From a virus (taxonomy: Duplodnaviria > Heunggongvirae > Uroviricota > Caudoviricetes), in the IMG/VR virus record IMGVR_UViG_3300031760_000026: 64,000 nucleotides of DNA. One strand, 5' to 3'. Both the position numbers and the translations under genes were made by a program. The notes under the pieces were generated by a model. The model did no database searches, was not told where the DNA came from, and saw only the letters and a program-made list of their open reading frames with translations. Shown here one piece after another: positions 27,044 through 36,816 of the stretch (position 1 is the stretch's first letter; each line of letters starts with the position of its first letter).

Positions 27044-27301
27044 TCACTCCTCAATCTTAGTCAAAAACGGATCTCGGATTTCATCCATAACGCACTCATA
27101 TGCCATCTTGTAGCAATCCAATTCATCAAATCCAAAGCTACAAACATGCAGGTTTTTAAATATAATTTCTACTGAGTAGCCACAGTCCTTACGTCTCCAA
27201 CCTGGTTCTGAAACAAAGTGAGGGTCCCGGATTTCACACCCGAGAGCCCTCAACTTCTTTTTGTATCGTTTAGCGATTTTACGCCTCACGAATACCACCA
27301 T
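27044..27301 (-). CDS. hypothetical small protein
   Basis: 85-aa ORF, basic N-terminus. Confidence 0.35.
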   Translation of the reverse strand: MVVFVRRKIAKRYKKKLRALGCEIRDPHFVSEPGWRRKDCGYSVEIIFKNLHVCSFGFDELDCYKMAYECVMDEIRDPFLTKIEE

Positions 27302-27358
27302 CCTTTCAAAAAAATATAAAAGGGACGTAATTATTTATTACATCCCTTTTACTTTGAG

Positions 27359-27658
27359 TCAGACAGTTTCTTCCGTCACAGGCTCAGTCGATTCTGTATG
27401 GTCAACGAAAGTCACGTCAGTTTCCGTCAGGTTATCACTCGAGCTGGTACTAGAGGCGGAAGTGGACGAATCTGCGCTCATGCCAATTGCTGCCAGGGTA
27501 AGTGCTGCTCCAACTGCGAACACCACAATACCACCGACAACTTTCAGGCCGGTGAACACCGCATTCTTCACTTTCTGACCTCTTTCTTCAGCTTTCTTGA
27601 TTTCCTCTTCGGTCTTTTCTTTCTTCTTAAAAATTGCCATTTTAATTCTCCTTTTCAA
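27359..27658 (-). CDS. small membrane protein
   Basis: 99 aa. Lys/Glu-rich N-terminus, one TM helix, Ser/Thr-rich tail. Confidence 0.35.
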   Translation of the reverse strand: MKRRIKMAIFKKKEKTEEEIKKAEERGQKVKNAVFTGLKVVGGIVVFAVGAALTLAAIGMSADSSTSASSTSSSDNLTETDVTFVDHTESTEPVTEETV

Positions 27659-27777
27659 GTTAGTAAGACTATCTGTCTCATTATAGTCATTGTAAATTTT
27701 GCGAAAATATCATCAGATATAGATGATTGCCACAATTGCAAGCATAAGAAGACCGAGCATTGCATATAGAAACTTCA

Positions 27778-28695
27778 TTAGATACCCCTCCACTTCATAT
27801 CAGTCTCATCATCATCTACGTCATAATCCAGTCTTTCAGCATCTTCTCCATTACTATCCTCTAGATTCAGATGCCATTTCGGAGATCCGGATCTGGTGAA
27901 GCCAATAATATGGCAAGGAGTATCATCGGGGAGCAGCATTACTGTAATCTTCAGTTCAATTGGCGTATTGTACCAACCAATATCCTTTCCGATATGGACA
28001 TAGGACAGTTCATGCTCAGAGTTTGGATTCTCATGAGATGCTGGCAGATCAAGATAATCTCGGAACGTGTCATAATTCATGGCGGATTTACGCATTCCCC
28101 AACGAGTATGAGTCATCTCCATATTCATCTTATCGACAGTCTTCCGAATATAATCCAGATCGCTCCAATAATAGTCATGAATAATCGGATCAAAGCATAG
28201 AGTATTGCCATGGCCGGTATTAATAACCGTTGAGTAATCTACCGGATGGGCCTTCACTTCATCTTGGGCCATCTCATCCTTCATCTTCTCATACTCTTTA
28301 TCACCATACTTCTCTATGAACTTCTTTTCCCACTTCTCGGCCTCTTCCGTCTTGCTTGCCAGAGCTGCTGTTGCGATAGCCGCTTGAGTATACTTAATCT
28401 TATATCCGCCAAATATCATCAGCATACCTAGAAGCATCATTACTGCCGGCCAACCAAGATGATAAGCAAGGATCATGGTCTTCTTTTTAAAATAGTCTCC
28501 ATGAGATAAACTCTCATCTTCTTTCAACTCGTCAAGTTTCTCCTTCATCTTAGGAGTCTCGATGCCAGTCTTAACAGTTGCACCAGCCATCAGTCCAGTT
28601 CCAACAATTACTCCAAGAGTTGGGGCAGCTTTAATAAGCCATTTGCCACTAATTTGTAGACCAGTTTTAATTGCCTGAGGTGTCAATTGAATCAT
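27778..28695 (-). CDS. hypothetical membrane protein
   Basis: The start is refined to ATG MIQLT (28695) with AAGGAGG 8 nt upstream; the track start is an upstream TTG. Several TM helices. Confidence 0.4.
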   Translation of the reverse strand: MIQLTPQAIKTGLQISGKWLIKAAPTLGVIVGTGLMAGATVKTGIETPKMKEKLDELKEDESLSHGDYFKKKTMILAYHLGWPAVMMLLGMLMIFGGYKIKYTQAAIATAALASKTEEAEKWEKKFIEKYGDKEYEKMKDEMAQDEVKAHPVDYSTVINTGHGNTLCFDPIIHDYYWSDLDYIRKTVDKMNMEMTHTRWGMRKSAMNYDTFRDYLDLPASHENPNSEHELSYVHIGKDIGWYNTPIELKITVMLLPDDTPCHIIGFTRSGSPKWHLNLEDSNGEDAERLDYDVDDDETDMKWRGI

Positions 28696-28700
28696 AAATA

Positions 28701-28832
28701 TCAATCCTCCTTAGTTTCAGTTTTGTCCTTAACGAACACACCATACCCAAGAACAACGCCAAGGAAACCACCAGCAAGGAACGATGCTGTGACCATAATT
28801 CCTCCAGTGGCCATTGCGATTACGTACTTCAT
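28701..28832 (-). CDS. 43-aa micro membrane protein (below the ORF-track cutoff)
   Basis: The ORF MKYVIAMATGGIMVTASFLAGGFLGVVLGYGVFVKDKTETKED has AGGAG 10 nt upstream of ATG. Its stop overlaps the RBS of the next gene. Confidence 0.35.
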   Translation of the reverse strand: MKYVIAMATGGIMVTASFLAGGFLGVVLGYGVFVKDKTETKED

Positions 28833-28918
28833 TGTTTTATACTCCTTTCAAAAAATATAAGAGGATGCAACCCACTCAAGCGCACCCTCTTCATTATTAG
28901 CATTGTATTTGTTGCGAA

Positions 28919-29944
28919 TCAGAGATGGCTAGCAACACTGAATACAAACTTCCCGTATCGATAAACGAGATAGCCTGTAGGAATAAGAGGAAGAGAACCT
29001 GCAAATATCACTCCACCCTTAGTCCAGCCATGAGATTTAAGCCACCATGCAAGACGCTCAGCCTGAGGGGTCTCAGTGGCGATTGCAGAAGCTCTAGCGC
29101 GATCATTTGTATCCTGTACACGCACAAACTCCTCATTATCCTGGGCCATTAAGACACAATCGGCTTCTTCTTCAGTGCGTTTTGCCTGAATATCAGTAGT
29201 GATCCTGCTTTTAGCGTCCTCAAGATCTTTCTCAAGGTCAGTTACTGCCTTAGAAGTCTTCTCGTCAATCCTCCGCTTCTCCTTGGCAATCTTTTCTTCC
29301 ATGCTGCGGATGGATTCACGCTTCTTTTTCTCAAATTTCTCCTTCTCAGAAGCCAGCTGTGCCTCAAGAGCATTCTTTTTCTCAGTTGCTTTCTTGATGG
29401 TCTCATTTTTAGCTTCTTCGGCCGCATGCTTGAGTTTCAGAGCAGTATCGGAGATATTATCGTCAGCAAGCGCGCAAAGCTTCTCCTGAGCTTCCCACTT
29501 CTCGGTTGCATCAGCGATCTCTTTATCAAGCCCCTCAACCACATCGTCATAATTAACAGAGGCCTTGAATGCAGAAATCGAGTCCTCCATATCTTGCTCA
29601 ATAGACAGAAGCTTATCTTCGTATCCGAGATTGGCTTTGAATTCCTGAAGAGCTTTCTCGCCCTCGGAATATAAACGGTTCTTCTTACTTGCAAAGCCAC
29701 TGGTCTGCTTGTAACTAGCAAGCGCTTCGGCGATGCCCTTCTTTTCACGAGACAGAACGGCCTTTTTTACCTCAATATCATGCTTGGCCTTTATATACTT
29801 TTCGATATCCTCGGAAGTATGCTCTGCCACGGCCATGTCGAGAGCCCTCTTAGATTCAAATCTAGAATCTGCATAGTCCCCAACGAGTTTGAATGTCGCG
29901 AAGAATCCGAGCATTGCCAATTCGGATACTAATTTCATGTTCAT
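28919..29944 (-). CDS. hypothetical coiled-coil protein with N-terminal signal/anchor
   Basis: 341 aa. Hydrophobic N-terminus, long Lys/Glu/Ala-rich heptad region, hydrophobic C-terminal segment. Confidence 0.4.
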   Translation of the reverse strand: MNMKLVSELAMLGFFATFKLVGDYADSRFESKRALDMAVAEHTSEDIEKYIKAKHDIEVKKAVLSREKKGIAEALASYKQTSGFASKKNRLYSEGEKALQEFKANLGYEDKLLSIEQDMEDSISAFKASVNYDDVVEGLDKEIADATEKWEAQEKLCALADDNISDTALKLKHAAEEAKNETIKKATEKKNALEAQLASEKEKFEKKKRESIRSMEEKIAKEKRRIDEKTSKAVTDLEKDLEDAKSRITTDIQAKRTEEEADCVLMAQDNEEFVRVQDTNDRARASAIATETPQAERLAWWLKSHGWTKGGVIFAGSLPLIPTGYLVYRYGKFVFSVASHL

Positions 29945-29976
29945 TATTTCGTATCTCCCTTCAAGATAAATATAAT

Positions 29977-30177
29977 TTATTCTTCTGAGTCAAACGCACT
30001 ATTATAGTCTTTTGGATAAATATGGATTGAAAGACCTTCGTCGGTGAAAGACGATGTACTGAGCGTGCCAAGAGTGTTCGATTTTTCGGAAGAAAGCTTT
30101 TTCTCCATGTGGATCTCGTGCCCATTTTCTAATGCTTCTCGCACGACGCTTCGCATGAACTCATAAATATCATTCAT
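29977..30177 (-). CDS. hypothetical small protein
   Basis: 66-aa ORF. Confidence 0.3.
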   Translation of the reverse strand: MNDIYEFMRSVVREALENGHEIHMEKKLSSEKSNTLGTLSTSSFTDEGLSIHIYPKDYNSAFDSEE

Positions 30178-30303
30178 TAAGCTGCATCCCTCTCAGTAAT
30201 TTCTTTTACTATTTCGCTATAGCTATCTGCAGAAAAAAGAAAAGCACCACGGTCATCGAAGACTTCGTAGTGCTCTCCATATTTGCATTTAATTTCGTAT
30301 TGC

Positions 30304-30828
30304 TCACCGTTGATGATTCGCTTCACGGATTCTCATCTCCTTCTCCCGAAGCATACAGGTGTAAATAGTCTCAGTGGACCGCATGTTTTTAAATTTTGCA
30401 ATCTGGTCAGGAGTAGTCCGGATCAGATCGTCGATTGTGTTAACACCATTCTCGGAAAGGAGAAAATATAAATTCTGAGTGATCTTCTCCTCGTTTCGAT
30501 TTTCAAACTGTACCTTAGCCTTGGCCATGTAATAATCTCGGCTAACGGTGCCCTCTACTTCAGGATAATGCCCGTGATTCGGATAAGGGTTCCTACTCCA
30601 GACCGTATCATGCAGGTACTGAATCTTACGTTCCAGATCGGTATAATGATGCACAAGATCGAAGCACCTATAATTGCGGACGTGAATAAACGCCGGATTG
30701 TTTTGCTGCTGAGTGAAAATATCATTTCCTTCGGCATTTACCACCTCAAGAATCAGGCCCCTGAGAGGACCACTATTCACTCGAACCAGATCACCATACT
30801 CAAGAGTCTCGTATTCTTTTTTAAGCAT
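30304..30828 (-). CDS. hypothetical protein
   Basis: 174-aa ORF. Confidence 0.4.
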   Translation of the reverse strand: MLKKEYETLEYGDLVRVNSGPLRGLILEVVNAEGNDIFTQQQNNPAFIHVRNYRCFDLVHHYTDLERKIQYLHDTVWSRNPYPNHGHYPEVEGTVSRDYYMAKAKVQFENRNEEKITQNLYFLLSENGVNTIDDLIRTTPDQIAKFKNMRSTETIYTCMLREKEMRIREANHQR

Positions 30829-30840
30829 TACTAGCTCCTT

Positions 30841-31245
30841 TCAAAGCATCTCACAAAATTCGTCGCAGAGAATTTCCCATTCGTCAAGAGGAATGGCTCC
30901 ACAATCAAATTTTTCCTCTAAATTATAATAATTTTGCCAAAAATACCTGTCTGTGTGCCAATACTTAAACAACTCATCAAATGGTACATCATCATAATAG
31001 TCATGTATCCACTTGCAGAATGAATTGGCGTCTACATTGTATCCTCGATCTACACATTCATCAAATACAAGCTTCGAATATGACTGAAAGTGAGACATTG
31101 GATACCTCATAATGTTGTTTACTAAAATATGATTTGGCGTTCCATTTACAGCAATATTCCTGGCGATGCAGCAGCATTCTCGCCATTGTCCCAGAAGCTG
31201 TTCCTTTGGCAAGTACTGTATTAACTGTTTATGCCATAGCCTCAA
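30841..31245 (-). CDS. hypothetical protein
   Basis: 134-aa ORF, Cys/Trp-rich. Confidence 0.35.
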   Translation of the reverse strand: MRLWHKQLIQYLPKEQLLGQWRECCCIARNIAVNGTPNHILVNNIMRYPMSHFQSYSKLVFDECVDRGYNVDANSFCKWIHDYYDDVPFDELFKYWHTDRYFWQNYYNLEEKFDCGAIPLDEWEILCDEFCEML

Positions 31246-31343
31246 AACTTATCATCGGCTTTCTGCATGTCGCACAAATATGCTTTTGCCATTTATTTAC
31301 CTCCTACTTCTTTGAATGCGTCACACTTTTGAATGTCTAGCAC

Positions 31344-31739
31344 TCAGCTCGTCGCCTCCGTAACATCAGAATCATCTATACCAAGCTCATGCTTTTTGAA
31401 AATATCTTCGGCTTTACAGCTGATCTCAATGAGCCTCTCTTTTGTAAAGTCAAAGAGTTCTTCTACGGATTTCTTATTAGGGTTCACAGAGATATATTGA
31501 ATAACCTGGTCAATTTCTTTTTCGAGATTCCTATAGGAGAACTTATAGAATCGTTCGCCATTGCCACGACGAATAGCCGGCATGGTCAGGTCGTAGATCA
31601 TGTTGTACTCTTCGTTTGTTAGCCCAAATTTCTCCTTGATGTCTGCAACTGTCACATTGTAATCCGTAAGATTTGCAAGATAGTCGCTAACCTCGATAAT
31701 CTTGTCTTGGTCAACTCCGCTCAGAATAGTCATAGCCAT
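31344..31739 (-). CDS. hypothetical protein
   Basis: The start is refined to MAMTILSG (ATG 31739), preceded by TTTTATATTTTTGAAAAGGAGAAA. Confidence 0.4.
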   Translation of the reverse strand: MAMTILSGVDQDKIIEVSDYLANLTDYNVTVADIKEKFGLTNEEYNMIYDLTMPAIRRGNGERFYKFSYRNLEKEIDQVIQYISVNPNKKSVEELFDFTKERLIEISCKAEDIFKKHELGIDDSDVTEATS

Positions 31740-31821
31740 TTTCTCCTTTTCAAAAATATAAAAGAGAAGCAATCATTTCTGAAAGCTCCTCTTTCATAAT
31801 AGGGTTTGCAATTTTTGCGAA

Positions 31822-32100
31822 TTAGACAAATATCCAACTCGGATCAGTTCGCTTTGGATTTCGGTTAGAGTCATCGAGCACGGCAATTCCCATAATTCGC
31901 TCAACATTGCCAATTCCATGGTTTTCATATTTAACACCGAAGAATTCGCCTTTGATCCATGTTACGATTTGAAAATCAGGAAGATCAAGGCCTTTTCTTA
32001 CCGTGTGACCGTTCAAATAGAATCGATCACCAACATGAATATCATAGGCCTCATCCAGATTCCTCGCCTTAGAGTTGTTCTTCTTTTTTGTACTTTTCAT
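31822..32100 (-). CDS. hypothetical protein
   Basis: The start is refined to MKSTKKK (ATG 32100) to avoid an out-of-frame overlap with the upstream gene. Confidence 0.35.
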   Translation of the reverse strand: MKSTKKKNNSKARNLDEAYDIHVGDRFYLNGHTVRKGLDLPDFQIVTWIKGEFFGVKYENHGIGNVERIMGIAVLDDSNRNPKRTDPSWIFV

Positions 32101-32305
32101 ACTCTTCGATCCTTTCAAAATAGTAAGTAGGAAGTTGCGCAAAGACCTCAGCTTCAAACCGATCCAAATGCTTTTGCGGATCATCGCAATGCTCAGTCAA
32201 AGCATAGGTTTCATTTGCTGTGTGCCTGCAATTTCCACCTTGCATATGGCATCCCGCAGAATTACAGCATAATGGATTCTTCCCAGTGCAAATATAAAAA
32301 GTCAT
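32069..32305 (-). CDS. small Cys-rich protein
   Basis: 78 aa with CTGKNPLCCNSAGCHMQGGNCRH. Confidence 0.35.
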   Translation of the reverse strand: MTFYICTGKNPLCCNSAGCHMQGGNCRHTANETYALTEHCDDPQKHLDRFEAEVFAQLPTYYFERIEEYEKYKKEEQL

Positions 32306-32538
32306 GATTCATCCTTCTTAATGTTCGTATTTTCATAGTATTTGTCCATCACTTTGCAATACTCAGTAAAGCAATTTGGGCATACATCGATCATTTCTCG
32401 ATACTCGTTATTCTTGCCAGGGACAGGAATCAGCCTCCAACCAGGAGCATCTTCTAGGAATATGCCTTTATCTCTAGCCTTCCGAAAATACTCCGTACCG
32501 CATCTATCGCATACAATAAGCTGTCCTGGGTAGTTCAT
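32302..32538 (-). CDS. small zinc-ribbon protein
   Basis: CDRCGTEY ... CPNCFTEYC (a CxxC pair twice). Confidence 0.4.
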   Translation of the reverse strand: MNYPGQLIVCDRCGTEYFRKARDKGIFLEDAPGWRLIPVPGKNNEYREMIDVCPNCFTEYCKVMDKYYENTNIKKDES

Positions 32539-32685
32539 TCCGCTTCCTCAAATTTAATAGGTTTATGAGTTCCTTCATTCCAAGGCTGCGAAAGACAGTC
32601 GTTGCAAGGATCGTGAGTTTCTTTTACGTCCTTATGCTTGCAATGGCTGCAATAATTATAAAAATATACTTCCTTATCACGAAGT

Positions 32686-32922
32686 TCATTCATGGTTAGC
32701 TATCTCCTTCACTCGGTTAATATATTGTTTTTCTCGTTCGTAGCAGTTCCTATCATTCACTGCCGGAACGTATACTCTGGTCCCGCAAATATCACAATTG
32801 GCGACCAGCTCCTCATAAGAAAAAGAGACCTCCCTGACGGAGACCTCCTTTTCTTCAGTATGCATATGATAGGGGACCGATTCATAACAGCAAGTACAGA
32901 AAGTCTTCGGTCGAAGCTCCAA
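32686..32922 (-). CDS. small zinc-ribbon protein
   Basis: CTCCYESVPY ... CDICGTRVY. Confidence 0.4.
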   Translation of the reverse strand: MELRPKTFCTCCYESVPYHMHTEEKEVSVREVSFSYEELVANCDICGTRVYVPAVNDRNCYEREKQYINRVKEIANHE

Positions 32923-33101
32923 TCAATTCACCCTCTTTAAAGTCCATCTGTTTCGACCTTCAACTTTGAAATTGAAAGTCGTGTTATTGTCCATGAAAAT
33001 ATCAATTCCACCGTCTTCATGGTTTGCCTGATACTTAACTGCGGCAGGCTCAAGATAAGGGAATAAGGTCTTGAATCTCTCATACATGGTTTTTGCGGTC
33101 A

Positions 33102-33353
33102 TTATCTCGCCTCCAGAATCACATTACTTGAGTGAGTCATGTACACAACTCCATCAATTTTGAGCTGGATCATATCACTTTCTTCAAAGTCCCTCCAACT
33201 GCTGACTTTGCCTTCGATGCTATTTCCATTTGGCAAGAATATAATTGCGTAGCTAAACTTATAGTCCAGGTCGATAATTTGACGATTATAGCCACATGCA
33301 GCAATGCTAAGACAAATCACCATCACAAGAATAATGCAAATGAGTTTCTTCAT
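33102..33353 (-). CDS. putative lipoprotein
   Basis: Signal peptide MKKLICIILVMVICLSIAACGY with a lipobox-like LSIAAC. Confidence 0.45.
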   Translation of the reverse strand: MKKLICIILVMVICLSIAACGYNRQIIDLDYKFSYAIIFLPNGNSIEGKVSSWRDFEESDMIQLKIDGVVYMTHSSNVILEAR

Positions 33354-33683
33354 TTAAATATCATCCCTTTCTGTTTTACGAGGTTCCGCATCCCAGCAAA
33401 ACCATTCATCTGCTGTAGTCCATTGATAATGAGCCCAGCATGTTCCTTCGGTTTTGCACTCATGTGGATGCCAATTTTCACAATCTCGGCAATAGCATTT
33501 GGCGATTGGTTTCCTGTTGAATCTAGTCTTCCTATGAACAAAATAAATAAGCCTCCGGATTAGTTCTTTGAAACCTTTCCAGAGGCTATCGAGTATCGCA
33601 AATATAAGTAGTCCAATGGCCACAAATCCAGTTGCCCAAATTATTAGTTGAATCCATTCGGGCCAAGAATAAAAAATCTCCAT
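33354..33683 (-). CDS. membrane protein with Cys-rich C-terminal domain
   Basis: N-terminal TM helix, then CYCRDCENWHPHECKTEGTCWAHY. Confidence 0.35.
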   Translation of the reverse strand: MEIFYSWPEWIQLIIWATGFVAIGLLIFAILDSLWKGFKELIRRLIYFVHRKTRFNRKPIAKCYCRDCENWHPHECKTEGTCWAHYQWTTADEWFCWDAEPRKTERDDI

Positions 33684-34075
33684 TAGCTCTCCCTATTTCT
33701 ATAAGCCCATTCAGCATCGCCAATCAAAATATCGAACTCAAGATTTGATAAAACTTCAAGAAATTCTTCTGGATTCTTATAGAAGATTTCTCCAACCACA
33801 TCTTCATCAACGCAGTAAATAAGACGGAGTCCTTCCAAATCAGCATAAACTTGCGCTGGAAGTTCTTCGTCCGTAACAGTGCTATACGCAATCGGTACTA
33901 AGGTTAAATCTGAGAAATCTGCATGACTGCCAAATTCCTTCATACAGAATTCATCGACTAATTGCCTTGCCTGATCAATATTGTATGCGCTCAAAATATC
34001 ACTCCTCCTTATCCATAGGCCTCTTATCTCTGAATTTGTGCTTACGATTTCTTTCGCACCATGGACAACTTCCAT
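33683..34075 (-). CDS. hypothetical protein
   Basis: 130-aa acidic ORF. Confidence 0.35.
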   Translation of the reverse strand: MEVVHGAKEIVSTNSEIRGLWIRRSDILSAYNIDQARQLVDEFCMKEFGSHADFSDLTLVPIAYSTVTDEELPAQVYADLEGLRLIYCVDEDVVGEIFYKNPEEFLEVLSNLEFDILIGDAEWAYRNRES

Positions 34076-34140
34076 GATTTCGGCATGATGGATCTATTGC
34101 CTTAGATCCTCTGTAAGGCTTTCTTTTTTCCTTACCATGC

Positions 34141-34401
34141 TCAATGGCTTTGTCTAAACTCATTAGCTCTCTCAAATATCATTCCGTCATGGCTTTCCGG
34201 GTTTGCCATCCAATTCTGAAAGCTATTATGGCATCTATCGCAAATCGGTTGCCGATCACCAAATTTGCCAAGATACTCAACAACCTGGATCATATATTTC
34301 TTTTCTTCAATAATATGCCCACAACGAGCGCAAATGATCATTTCCATAAATATCACTCCTCCAAAGTAATAATCTCCGAATACGGTAAGCTCTTGATCCA
34401 A
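34141..34401 (-). CDS. small zinc-finger protein
   Basis: CARCGHII ... CDRCHNSF. Confidence 0.4.
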   Translation of the reverse strand: MDQELTVFGDYYFGGVIFMEMIICARCGHIIEEKKYMIQVVEYLGKFGDRQPICDRCHNSFQNWMANPESHDGMIFERANEFRQSH

Positions 34402-35165
34402 TCACAGAAATCATGCCAACAATCGAGCTTGTGATCCTTACGCTTAGGATAGATGCCGGCCAAAACCTCATAATTCAGCATAACCGTCCGGCGCTGATTA
34501 TAAGAAGAGGGAAGGAGCTGGATCATCTGCCACCAATAGCGCTTATCTTTGGTTTCGAGGAACATTTGCCTTGATCGATTAAGCATAGCAATCGTGAGGT
34601 CCAAAATATCACTTGGCCAGAATCTTCTAAGTTCATTTTCAATTGTAGAAATACCTTCGCCAACGGCAATAATTGGGACTTCCTCAGGTGCTCCATACTC
34701 AATTAAATGTTCGTGGCTAAAGTCATCTCTTGTGAATTCCTTGGCATGAATCTTATGCATCGTACTGCAAGAGTTGGCAACAGTCCCGATTTTGTACGTG
34801 TCAAACTCCTTCCACCAGTATAACGGCGCGGTAATATCAACCGTCACCACTATCATCCGGCGATATTTGGCGTCAACAGAACCGGCCTTGGCAAGATTCA
34901 TCATGAGTTTATGGTCGTTTGGACCAAGCTGAAATGCCGTCTTTGCTAGTTCATAATCATTATTAAATTTTTTCCAGTCGAACCATTCAGGATAATCGCG
35001 GTCTCCGTCATCGTTATCATATGTATTCTTATTAATATCATGACCGATCTCTTCGAGCGGACAATAAAAAATACTATCCGACTTCTCCCAGCTGTTCATC
35101 GGATTTCGCATGCCTCTGATAGCAGCTTCCCAGCCAAGAACCTCAGTATTTTCAAGTTTAATCAT
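34353..35165 (-). CDS. ThyX-like (flavin-dependent thymidylate synthase fold) protein, divergent and lacking the RHR motif
   Basis: Blocks ITAPLYWWKEFDTYKIGTVANSCSTMH and LLPSSYNQRRTVMLNYEVLAGI resemble the ThyX regions [24 protein letters not shown] and [25 protein letters not shown]. Residue similarity only. Confidence 0.3.
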   Translation of the reverse strand: MIKLENTEVLGWEAAIRGMRNPMNSWEKSDSIFYCPLEEIGHDINKNTYDNDDGDRDYPEWFDWKKFNNDYELAKTAFQLGPNDHKLMMNLAKAGSVDAKYRRMIVVTVDITAPLYWWKEFDTYKIGTVANSCSTMHKIHAKEFTRDDFSHEHLIEYGAPEEVPIIAVGEGISTIENELRRFWPSDILDLTIAMLNRSRQMFLETKDKRYWWQMIQLLPSSYNQRRTVMLNYEVLAGIYPKRKDHKLDCWHDFCDWIKSLPYSEIITLEE

Positions 35166-35551
35166 TTGCCAATTCTCCTTTCGTCTTCTTCAACATATCT
35201 CCATCGTTTTCCGCCGGCCGTTACGCGTCTATACCTTGCACAATCCACAATAGCGCTAACATGAGCGCCAGTATCTATTGCGGCATCTGAGATGGATTCA
35301 TAGATTTTTCCAGTATCCAGGCATTTGACTTTTACTCCGTGAGCTCCTCTTCTCTTTTTGTATTGGCGACGCATGGAGTCGACATGCTCAGGAATATAAA
35401 CTCTACCACAAATTCTAATAGCCTCTGGGATTTTGCCTTGCGTGGAATATACTCTTACAGATCCAACATTTGCATGAATCTTCTCGGCAAATTGCTCAAG
35501 GGTTATATACCCAATAGGGGAACCGTCATCATTAAATGAGATAGTGAACAT
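35162..35551 (-). CDS. hypothetical protein with homing-endonuclease-associated DNA-binding-like motif
   Basis: The C-terminal VKCLDTGKIYESISDAAIDTGAHVSAIVDC resembles the NUMOD/I-TevI-type G.IF.S..eAar..g motif. Weak. Confidence 0.25.
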   Translation of the reverse strand: MFTISFNDDGSPIGYITLEQFAEKIHANVGSVRVYSTQGKIPEAIRICGRVYIPEHVDSMRRQYKKRRGAHGVKVKCLDTGKIYESISDAAIDTGAHVSAIVDCARYRRVTAGGKRWRYVEEDERRIGK

Positions 35552-35730
35552 TTATTTGCCGTTTCCCCCTTTCAATTCATCAACATCACAAGCCGGAGCA
35601 AATATCACTTCTTGGCCACTTTTAGTATTGCCGAATTTAAAACCGCAATTACAGCAATAATGAACGAATTCTACCCAATCTTTTTCAGAAGCTTTGGGAT
35701 GACGATTGAGCCAGTCTTCTTTTTCGATCA

Positions 35731-35913
35731 TTAAATTCTCCTTTCAATGCGCTCCATAGCATTGTTCAGAATCGAGCAAAGCCAACTCGCTTCGGCTTCA
35801 GATTTGCACTTCTGAAGAGGATGCAGGGTAATCCAGCTATTCTCAGAAATATCATACTCAAGGTTATTAATCTGGACTCTAACAACATCCCCAGTTCTGA
35901 CAAATTCAATCAT
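35731..35913 (-). CDS. hypothetical small protein
   Basis: 60-aa ORF. Confidence 0.3.
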   Translation of the reverse strand: MIEFVRTGDVVRVQINNLEYDISENSWITLHPLQKCKSEAEASWLCSILNNAMERIERRI

Positions 35914-36068
35914 TAAAAAGATCCTCCTTCTTCTCTTGCCCTAAACTCATATACTGAGATTGTGTCATCCTCTCCTTGCACTCTTCTGTCCGTAGCAGGT
36001 CTCCGCAAGCCCCATAGAACACGCAGCTTATGCAGGGTCTTTCTGTAAAGAGCTCTTCGAATCTTTGG

Positions 36069-36428
36069 TCACTCATGGCAAACAGCCTCCTTCAAATGCA
36101 TCATCGCAGAGTCCATCCAGGACATATAATCTCTAGTTTTTAGATCGTGCAGAAGCTCATCATCGGAATCATAAGAGACATCTACAAATATCCTGGAATT
36201 TTCATCCTCCGGCAAAATTGCAGAGTATCGCACAAAATCTTCATCCAGATCGACATCAACAGAAATATCATACGGTCCCATTTTAGATTCAAGAAGCCTT
36301 CTATAATTTCCTTCGCGATCTTCAAAGTAGGTTCTCAAATCCATATAGGACAACCCCGTATTATTATGTAAAAAAATCATAATCTGGTCTTGACACTGGT
36401 TAATCATTTCCAGATTCTTCATTTGCAT
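36069..36428 (-). CDS. hypothetical protein
   Basis: The start is refined to MQMKNLEM (ATG 36428) with GGAGG 3 nt upstream. The track's longer start overlaps the neighbouring small membrane gene. Confidence 0.35.
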   Translation of the reverse strand: MQMKNLEMINQCQDQIMIFLHNNTGLSYMDLRTYFEDREGNYRRLLESKMGPYDISVDVDLDEDFVRYSAILPEDENSRIFVDVSYDSDDELLHDLKTRDYMSWMDSAMMHLKEAVCHE

Positions 36429-36585
36429 TATCCTCCTTCTTATTTGTCTTTCCGATAAAATATAAACCATCGGCAATTGCGCAAAGCCCCATTCCAATAC
36501 ATGCTGCCAATACACTCATGTACTGCTTAGTAATGAGTCCTCCAACCAAAATGCCAACCATAATAAACCAACTAATGAAGTGCAT
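36400..36585 (-). CDS. small two-helix membrane protein
   Basis: MHFISWFIMVGILVGGLITKQYMSVLAACIGMGLCAIADGLYFIG, with GGAGG 9 nt upstream of ATG. Confidence 0.45.
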   Translation of the reverse strand: MHFISWFIMVGILVGGLITKQYMSVLAACIGMGLCAIADGLYFIGKTNKKEDNANEESGND

Positions 36586-36603
36586 AATGTTTTTAGTCCT
36601 CCT

Positions 36604-36816
36604 TTAATACCATTTTCCGTCCGTATAAGTGTCTAATAAATCAGATGGTGCAACGCCTACAACTTTACGCATAGCATTTTCAACTGCATTGTGGAGAAGA
36701 ATATCTCGCTCACGTTTACTCAATTTCTTTTCTTTCGGAGGTAGTTTTCCTTCTTTAGCCGCGATAGCCGTAGGATTGTATTTATGTTGTCCCATCAGAA
36801 ACCTCCTCTTTCTCAC
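36604..36816 (-). CDS. hypothetical small basic protein
   Basis: 70 aa, Lys/Arg-rich. Confidence 0.35.
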   Translation of the reverse strand: MRKRRFLMGQHKYNPTAIAAKEGKLPPKEKKLSKRERDILLHNAVENAMRKVVGVAPSDLLDTYTDGKWY

